A stretch of DNA of 53,238 bases from assembly GCA_001724265.1 (NCBI GenBank), contig MEDY01000263.1, positions 1 to 53,238 of the forward strand. The letters are read 5' to 3'. Both the position numbers and the translations under genes were made by a program. Every line of letters begins with the position of its first letter. Positions within the stretch are counted from its first letter, which is position 1. The notes under the pieces were generated by a model that saw nothing but the letters and a program-made list of their open reading frames with translations, had not been told where the DNA came from and did no database searches. Positions 45,571 through 53,238 of this stretch are shown here, in pieces. Origin of the DNA: Rhizaria sp. SCN 62-66 (taxonomy: Eukaryota).

Positions 45571-46861
45571 GGTTTCCACGGAAACTACCGTCACGGTCAC
45601 CGCCACCGCCGCCGCGGTTGAAATCACGGTCACGGTCACCACGGTCACGGCCACCGCCCTCGCGGCCACCACGCCCACCGCCACCGCGGTTATCGAACCC
45701 ACGGTCCCGCTCGCGGTCACCACCACGGTCCCGCTCACGGTCACCACGGCCGCGGTTGAAGTCACCACCCGAGTGTTCACGGTCACCACCACGGTCGCCA
45801 CCAACCCGGGGACCCCACTGGTCCTGCTGACTCGGCTGCTGGTTACCACCACCGCCATGGTGCTGTGGGTGGTTGAGGTACTGCAAGTGCGGCGGCAGCG
45901 GCTCCCCCTTAGCACGCAGCACGTGCGCCTCAGCGACCCCCGGAGGAAGCGCCCCTTCGCTGCACCGACCGGGCTGAGCCCGGCACAGCGCCTGCGGACC
46001 GGCGCGGGTCAGACCTAGCCCGCCGCCGAGCCGCCGCGGCCGCCAGTCGCGGTGTGTGCGGGCACGCTCTGTGTCGACGACAACACGCCGGCCCTGCAGA
46101 GGCTGGCCGTCGGCCTCGGCGAGGGCGCGGTTGAAAGCGTCGGCGGTCGCAAATTCGACGAAGGCGTAACCGGCGGAGCGTCCTGACTTTGTGCGCGGGA
46201 TAATGACCTTTGTGACAGCGCCGAAGAGAGCGAACTCGGTCCGCAGGTCGTCCTCGGTGAGGGTGTAGGGGAGGCGACCGACGAAGGCGGTGAGTGAAGG
46301 GTTGGAGGTCCAGCCAGAGACGGTAGACGATGAAGGATCGTTCGGGGTGTCTGTGTGATGTGATAAGAGCAAATTGTGCAAACGCAAAGATAAAACAGCA
46401 ATGGGGCAAAGGGGCGAGGGGATTGAGTGAGTACAGATCGCAGAGAAGTGAGACATTGTAAATCAAGCCATTATAGTGTGTTACCCTGATACAAACGGTA
46501 TCCTACAGAGATAAATAAATTTCATAGAATTGTGATTTGAAAGCAGGTAAAGAGATAGTGAGTTGTGAGCTCTCAGTCCTTGCTTTGGACCTCGGTAAGA
46601 ATACGTACATGTCTCGAGGCCCTGCGCAATGCGAGCAGCGGTCTCTTCCTCGCGGGCCTCGGCAATGGCAAGCTTACGCTCAGCGCGCGACACCACAGGC
46701 GCAGGCGCAGGCATCTCGCGGGCCAGGAAGCGTGTGTAAGGCGCGACGCCCTCATAGCTGGCGGCAGAGTCAGAGCGGCGCGTCTCGAGGGGTGCCGCGA
46801 ACGGCAACGGGGGCCGCGGCGCAAAGAACGCCATCACCTGCGGCGGCAGGTAGTGAGACAT
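45509..46861 (-). CDS. SNRNP70: U1 snRNP 70 kDa protein; exons 46861-46609 and 46350-45509
   Basis: MSHYLPPQVMAFFAPRPPLPF N-terminal domain, RRM (TAFVGRL, SAGYAFVEF), VVDTERARTHRDWRPRRLGGGLG, RD/RGG tail. Ends TGA. Confidence 0.96.
46351..46608 (-). other. Spliceosomal intron (258 nt, phase 1) of U1-70K
   Basis: ACAT|GTACGT donor and CACAG|AC acceptor, giving GLETYTPNDP in frame. Confidence 0.88.
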
Positions 46862-47466
46862 CGCGGAGCGAAGGGGTGGCTACGGCAGAAGCGGTAGCGG
46901 CGCGGGTGGAAGTGGTTAGGGCTGAAGTGGACGAGTCTTGCGGAGTGCACGTCTCAGCGGGGGGAAAGGGACGTCTCTATGGAAGCGGAGATGCACAGAA
47001 TATAAATTTCAATTAAGTGTCAGAGTAAATATTGACAGCTTCAGTGCATGCAAACTATACCGATGCTTAGTGTCGGTGTCTATGGGTCAATAATCAACGT
47101 CATATTATCGCTTCTGTCGACTGCTGTCCGAATGACCGTGAGCAACGATCGGGTTGATCAGTCAATTTGCGATAGCCTCAAGTGCCATAGAGAGCTCGCT
47201 AATATATATGGCACTCAAATATTGTTAATCAATGTGGCGAATCTATATGCTCTTTGATTGCTACATGCATTCAATCACGTTATCCTAGTCTCTGAAATGA
47301 AACGCCACTGTGATCTTATCTCACTCATGTGCTCCCTCCTCAACCCCACTTCCGCCCACTTTTCCCTTTCCGAACCTTCACCTTTCAAGTTTTTTTCACG
47401 CCATCCCACAGGCGTTGCTTTATCCTACGCAGAGACACCGTGCTACGACTTTAACCTTATCTCCCA

Positions 47467-50400
47467 ATGAGCGCGGCGTGTCCCCCTGCGCCGGCGCTGG
47501 CGGCCGCCCACCGTCCTTTGCCTCTACACGCCCTCCACGCCTCTGTCGGCATGCGCCCCGGTGCCACCCAACTGCGTGGGAACGGTCTGCCGCTTACTCG
47601 CGTTTCCTCTTCCTCTGCTGCCGCCGCGCGCGGGCTGGAAGCGTTGCTACACGACCCTGGCGTCGCTGCCGCCTTCGCCAGCGGACCCGGCGCGTTAGCC
47701 CATTCAGCGCCTCCGGCGCCTCTCCAGTCCACCACCACCACAAACAACAACTTGAACTCTGGCTCGCCGGCGCGGTTCAACTCGCTGGGGCTCGCGCCTG
47801 GGTCCGCCGTGGCGCACGCGCAGCCCGAGCGGCGCCCGTACGTTCCCGCCGCGGTCGCTGGCCCGAATAGCCCCATCGGCAGCGCGGGCGCCACCCCGCT
47901 TGTGGCTGCGACGGCGGAGAACCCGCTCGGTCTGCCGCTGGAAGCGCGGGCTGCTTTGGCGCAGTCCGCCGCGAGGGGCGGGCCCGGTCGCGCGCATCCG
48001 CCGCCGCTGCGGTACGCGGGGCTCGAACTTCCCTCCGCTCCTGGCCTTGACGGTGACAGCTCCACCACAAACGACGACAACAACAAGCTGAACAACAACA
48101 ACCTGAGCACGAATATCGGCGCTGCAGCCGCGGAAGCGCACGCCAACGATCTCGCAGCCCGTGGTTTTGTTGCCGGTCGAAATGCGCTCGACTTCGCGCG
48201 TGAGACCAGTGTCGCGCCGGCGACTCCGCCGCGCGGACTGAGGACTGACGCGGGCACTCAAACCCCCAGCGCTTTTTCTTCTCACAGCAACAGCAACGGC
48301 AAAGGCAACGGTATCGGTATTGGGGTTAACACCGCCGCTGCGACGTCACTGCTGCTTCCCCCTGCACTCCGCGCATGCTCCCCTCTGGCCCCCTCACGCG
48401 CCCTCGTCTCCGCCCCTTTGCCCGCCCGCGCCGCCGCGGCACTGCGATCGCACCCTTTGTGGTCACAGGCCTCCCCGGCCGCGCTGGCAGCTGCCGGTGC
48501 CGGTCTTGGCGAGCTGCTACGACGCGACTTAACTTCGCGTTTCCCAGCACTCTCTGTCCCTGCACCTGTCGCGCTTGATCTGGCTGCAGTTGTCACCGGC
48601 TTAACTTCTCGAGACGCGGGTACTTGTGGCGGCTTAACTTCTGGAACAGGTTCGGCAAACTTAAGTGCGGTGCTTGTGCATGCGTCTGTGGAGCGAAGGG
48701 AGGAGGATCATGCACGTGCAGTTGCTTTCCTGCTTGAAAGGGCTGCTGCACGTGTGATTGAGCTGCTTGCACCGACTGAAGCAACGGCGATAAACGCAGA
48801 TAACAAGAACAACACACACAGTGGCAAGAGTCAGACAAGTGGTAACTCAGTAGCAGAGTCGCCGGTGCAGTATCAGCACCCACTGCTCCGGTCGCATCAA
48901 TGGCCTGCTAGCACAGTCGCCTCAGCGGGTTTCGCGACTCCGTCAACCGCGACTACGACTCTGACTGGCACTGGCGCTGGCGCTGGCACTTGCGCTGGGG
49001 TTGAGAGCAATGCGGAGTCCGTGGCAGCACTGACGAGTAGAGGTTTTGCTCCCGCGTCAAGACCGCAGTCACCGCGCAACGCACAGGTACACTCGCATGT
49101 TCCATCACATGTCCCGTCACAGGTTGAGTCACATGCGCAGTCGCCAAAGGGCACTGTGGGTTCTGGGCGGTGGGTGGCGGATAGCGGCGCCTTGCCTCCC
49201 GCTGCCACGGTGACCACGTGTGCTGCCGAGGTGAGCCACCGACACAGTCTCGGTCATGGTCATGGGTGCTCTCACACGCATGGTCACACGCATGTTCATA
49301 CTCGCGGTCACACTCGCTGTCACAGCCACAGTCAGGGTCGTGGTGAGACTGAACGCAAACGCGGTTCGTCTCCGTCCCAGTCTCGCTGCCGCCGTTGCCG
49401 CTCCGCCGCCGCCGTCGTCACCGGCACCGGGTGCGACAATCACGCAGCAACGACTGCAATCATGCAGGGAATGGAAAAAGAGGGGCAGCGTGAGCGCCGC
49501 CGTCAGCTGCGTGACATCCTCCGCAATCTCGCGTCCACATCAACCGTCGCTGACTCCACAGCAGACTCGAGTGCGCTGCTCTCAAGCCCGCTTTCCTCCA
49601 GCCTTCACACTGCGCTGAAGCGGGGCTCAGCTGGTGCTGGGGAGAGGCGTGACGAAAGCAGGGTGTCTGCCTTGCGTGCTGCAGTAGCTGCTTCGACTGC
49701 CGCCGCCGCTGCTGCTCGCGCAGCTGCGGCGACTGCGGCGGTGGAAGACGCGAACGACGATGAGGACGATGGTGGTGGCTCTATGGGCGTGTACGACGAC
49801 TACAACGTGTACGACTATGACGCCGACGACAGCGCTGACGAACAACAACAGCAGCAACAACAGATTTCTCAGATGCAGCAGCCAAACTGGGCAGCAGCGG
49901 CGCCAGACACTGCGTCTGCACCTGTTCCCGCTTTCCGCAACCATCAACAGCAACACCACAGTCAACAGCAGCAGTCTCAGTCTCAGTCTCAGTCTCAGAA
50001 GCGACTGTGGTATGATGACGAGACTCAAACGCTGCCGCCGCCCTCGCCGTCACGCGAAGCTGTTGGTGCCTGGCGTATCAGCGAAGCCGTCGGTCCATGG
50101 CCCCAGAGACAGCTGCAGCAGCAGCAACATCAGCAACGGGCTCAACAGCAGCAGTATGCAGACACCGAAGCAGCCGATGACTACGTCAACAACAACAATT
50201 ACTCCGACAACAACAATTATTCCAACGGTAACAACGATGATGGCTATGACGACGAGGTTGAGGGTGAGGCCGAGGCTGACTACGATTCGGCTCCCGCTTT
50301 CACACAGCCCCAGGCGCCTCCCCAGGGCCCCAGCGGTGGGGCTGCATGGCTCCTCCAGCAGCCCGAGCTTGCCGGTCTCGGCCCCTCGCTCATCCCCATC

Positions 50401-51408
50401 GCCCCCCGAGCTCCGCTCCGGCCCGCCCACGCCTCCCGCGCCGCCGCAGCCGCCGCGGCGTTCCGCGCCACCGCGGCGCTGACCGGCCGCGACGTGTGCC
50501 TCGCTGCCGGCGCCCGGGTGCGGCCCCTGGCGGCTGCGCTCCGCGCGGACAACGGCGACAGCGCCAGCGGCAGCGCGTTCGATGACGACGACGAAGATGG
50601 TCGTGTCACTGGCGAAAAGGACGCTGAGAAGCCTGGAACGGAGGATGGAGCTAGACCTGAAGCTGACGCTGATGCTGGAGCTGGAGCTGGAGATGGGAGT
50701 GTGATTGCTGAGGTGGGTTTCGCCGCTCCGGGCCTGCGGTGGGACTCGACCGCTCCCAACTCTGGCGCCGCTGTTCTGGACGCCGCCACCCGTCTGATCA
50801 CCGCCCGCATCCTCCGTTCTGGCCTCAGTGAAATCCACACTGCGCTCGGCCGTTTCGCTGCCGGAATCGAGCAGGCCGAAGAGTCAGCCGCACTCGCCGC
50901 CGCCGCAGCCGCGGACGCTGCGGCCGCGAGGGCCAAGGCGGACCGCGCTGCTGCGGCCGCGGCTGAAGACGCTGCTGAGCAAGCGCGTCTTGCGGAGCTC
51001 GGCTTTCGCAACACCGCTTCCGATGACAACAACTACGACAACGACAACGACAATGATGATGATGATATTGTCGGGGGAGACGGCGCAGCGCTGAGTCTTG
51101 GTAAGCCAGTGCCGTTGCCGCCGCTGCCCGATATCGCCGCTGCTATGGCGCGAGCCGCGGCGCAGGCTGATGCTGACTCAAACGCCGCCAACGCCGCCAC
51201 CGCCGCCGCCAACGCGGCTGAGTTTGCGGACACTGAGGCGGCGTTGGCTGGAAACAAATGGAAGCCTCCTGTCGTCCCGTTGCCTCTGCCTCTGCCTTTA
51301 CCGGTCCAAATCCAACAGCAGCATCAGCAGCATCAACTGCAGTCGCAGGCACAGCGGGCGAACCCCACAGTCAGTCCGCGTGAGCCTCTCGGGAAACTCC
51401 GCTTTGCA

Positions 51409-51439
<31 letters not shown>

Positions 51440-53022
51440 CAGCAGCAGCAGCAGCGGCAGCCAGTAGTGCGGGAGCCGGCTCCGGGGTGGGTGTGGCAGT
51501 GGCAAGGCCTCCTGGTGACGGCCCCGGCGCTGGCGCCAAGGGGCCGCCGCGGCGCAGACGGCGGGTGGCTAGACGCGCGCGCGGGGGGCGCGTGCGGGGG
51601 AGCCTGACTCTGGAGCAGATTCCCGAGGGCGGGGGCGCGGATATGGACGACGATGACGACGACGAAGAGTACATTGACGATGATTATGATGACGATGCAA
51701 GCGAAACCGACTATATCGACGACGCCGAGTCCGAGTCGGCTACAAACAGCACCACCGCCGCTGCCGCCGCCTCTGCCGCCGCCGCCGCTACTGATGCTGC
51801 TGCCCCCGCCGTCAGCGATGATAACGAAGCTGACGAATACGCCGACGACTTTGCCGACGACGACAGCAACAACGCCAACTCCAACAGTGCAGCGACTAAA
51901 GCAGTCGCGCCTTCTTCTTTGCTATCCCCTGCTGACTCAGCAGCTGCGGGGGCGGCGCCCGGTTCAGCTCCCGCCTCTGGCCGCCGAACCGGCACCGGCG
52001 GCCCTGCGCTGAGCCTCGGCGCCGCCGGTCGGCTAATCGCGGATAGGGCCCGCGCCGCCCGCGCCGCTGCCTCCCTAGTCGCAGTGGCGCAGGACGCGGT
52101 CATGACGGCGCAGTATACGGGTAAAGACGCGTTTGTACAGGCTGCCGTGAACGCGCCCGACGCCGCCGCCGCTGCTGCTGCGCTTGGGTCTACGCCGGAG
52201 GCTGTGAAGGCACCGGTGATTCAGGATAAGGATGAATATGATTATGGTGACGATGCGTTTGAGTCTGCCACCCCCGCTGCCGCTGCTCCCGCTGCGGTTG
52301 TTGGTGCTGCGTCGATTGCGCCGACCGCAATCGCACTCGGCTCTGTCCCCGCTAGCGCACCCCCTGTTGCTCCGAATGGTGATACCGATGAGAGCTTCGA
52401 GATCGACGTTCCTGACTCTGCCCGCATCCCTGCCGCTGGCACAGCCACTGCCACAGCCAGTCAATCTAGCACTGGAGGACCTGCGGCGGCGGTTAAAAGC
52501 TCTCTCCCGTCTGGCATGCCTCCGCACGGCTCCACCGCGGCCGCCTTTGCCGCCGCGGCAGCTGAGGTTGTAGCGCGCTCTGGCGGCGGTGGGATCTGGC
52601 CCGATTTGCCGGGGGAAGTCGACGAAGATGCAAATCTTTATAATAGCAACACTGGTAACAACGCTGGCGTTGGGTTTCTCCCGTCGAACTCGCATTATAG
52701 CCACAACAACAACGCCGTCTCCGCTGTTGCTGCGGCGACGAGAGGCACTGGGGCGCGTGGCCCCCCGTCGGTGACCGTTGCTGCCGGGGCGGAGATTGAG
52801 GACGAGTACGCCGACAACAACAACTTCGGTTTCCCGTCCTCAGCCGTTGTTATGGGGCGCAATGGTAGCGACGGCCGGAGTGCTTACCCGCCTGCGATGC
52901 GCACGCCCGCGGTGCCTGTGGCAGCGGTTGTGGATGGCCGGGGAGAGTCGGATGTTGAGATTGAGCTTAGCGGGGATGAGCAAGAGAATGAGACTGATAT
53001 CGAAGTTGAGCTCTCTGACTAA
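47467..53022 (+). CDS. 1851-aa largely low-complexity/acidic protein of unknown function
   Basis: Uninterrupted 5.5-kb ORF with the same composition as neighbouring genes. Ala, Gln, Asp and His tracts, no recognisable domain. Ends TAA. Confidence 0.8.
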
Positions 53023-53238
53023 CGGGGAAAACGAGTAATATAGCTTAAGTTATGACTCGTAAGACTGACATCGCACCCCAGAGATCCGTCGCTGATATAT
53101 GCTAACAATATCGGGGAGCTGTGTGAGTATATTATATAAGTACCCCCGATGTAGAGGTTTATGAAAAAACGTGTTTTCCGCGATTTTCGCGCCTTGGTGC
53201 GCACTTTTCTATTTCACTACGAGCGAAATATTCCATCG

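Noticed and set aside
45431-46018. Thr/Val/Ala mucin-like ORF on + (and 45142..45915 on -)
   Set aside because: Antisense and alternate-frame shadows of the U1-70K RD/RGG repeat tail.
3361-46861. Functional clustering of centriole genes (FAM161, POC1) or RNA-processing genes (Lsm11-like, CAF1, U1-70K)
   Set aside because: Separated by many unrelated genes; chance co-location is adequate without synteny data.
1-53238. Species or phylum assignment
   Set aside because: No rRNA or diagnostic marker; only a centriole-bearing eukaryote with spliceosomal introns can be supported.

Overview
Gene-dense eukaryotic nuclear DNA, most likely from a flagellated or centriole-bearing protist. Coding regions are GC-rich and Ala/Gln/Gly low-complexity, spacers are AT-rich, and there are a few GT-AG introns near 5' ends. 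About 16 genes can be supported: an ankyrin/UBR-zinc-finger/TerB-like/caspase fusion, FAM161-like, an ARM-like plus divergent cyclophilin-like gene, a CaMK1-like kinase, a signal-peptide-bearing phosphomevalonate-kinase-like protein, a membrane-anchored GH81 beta-1,3-glucanase, a mitochondrial rhodanese, Lsm11-like, a 2648-aa ankyrin/polyQ protein, CAF1/CNOT7, POC1, U1-70K and four unknowns. There is also a RING-H2 pseudogene, a MITE-like inverted repeat and a tRNA-like Pol III element. Two signals stand out. First, all 16 gene ends use TAA or TGA and none uses TAG, while two reading frames run straight through a single in-frame TAG, which suggests UAG recoding or readthrough (unproven). Second, the caspase-family protease has an architecture I do not recognise. 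All family assignments come from motif recognition by eye; no searches were run.
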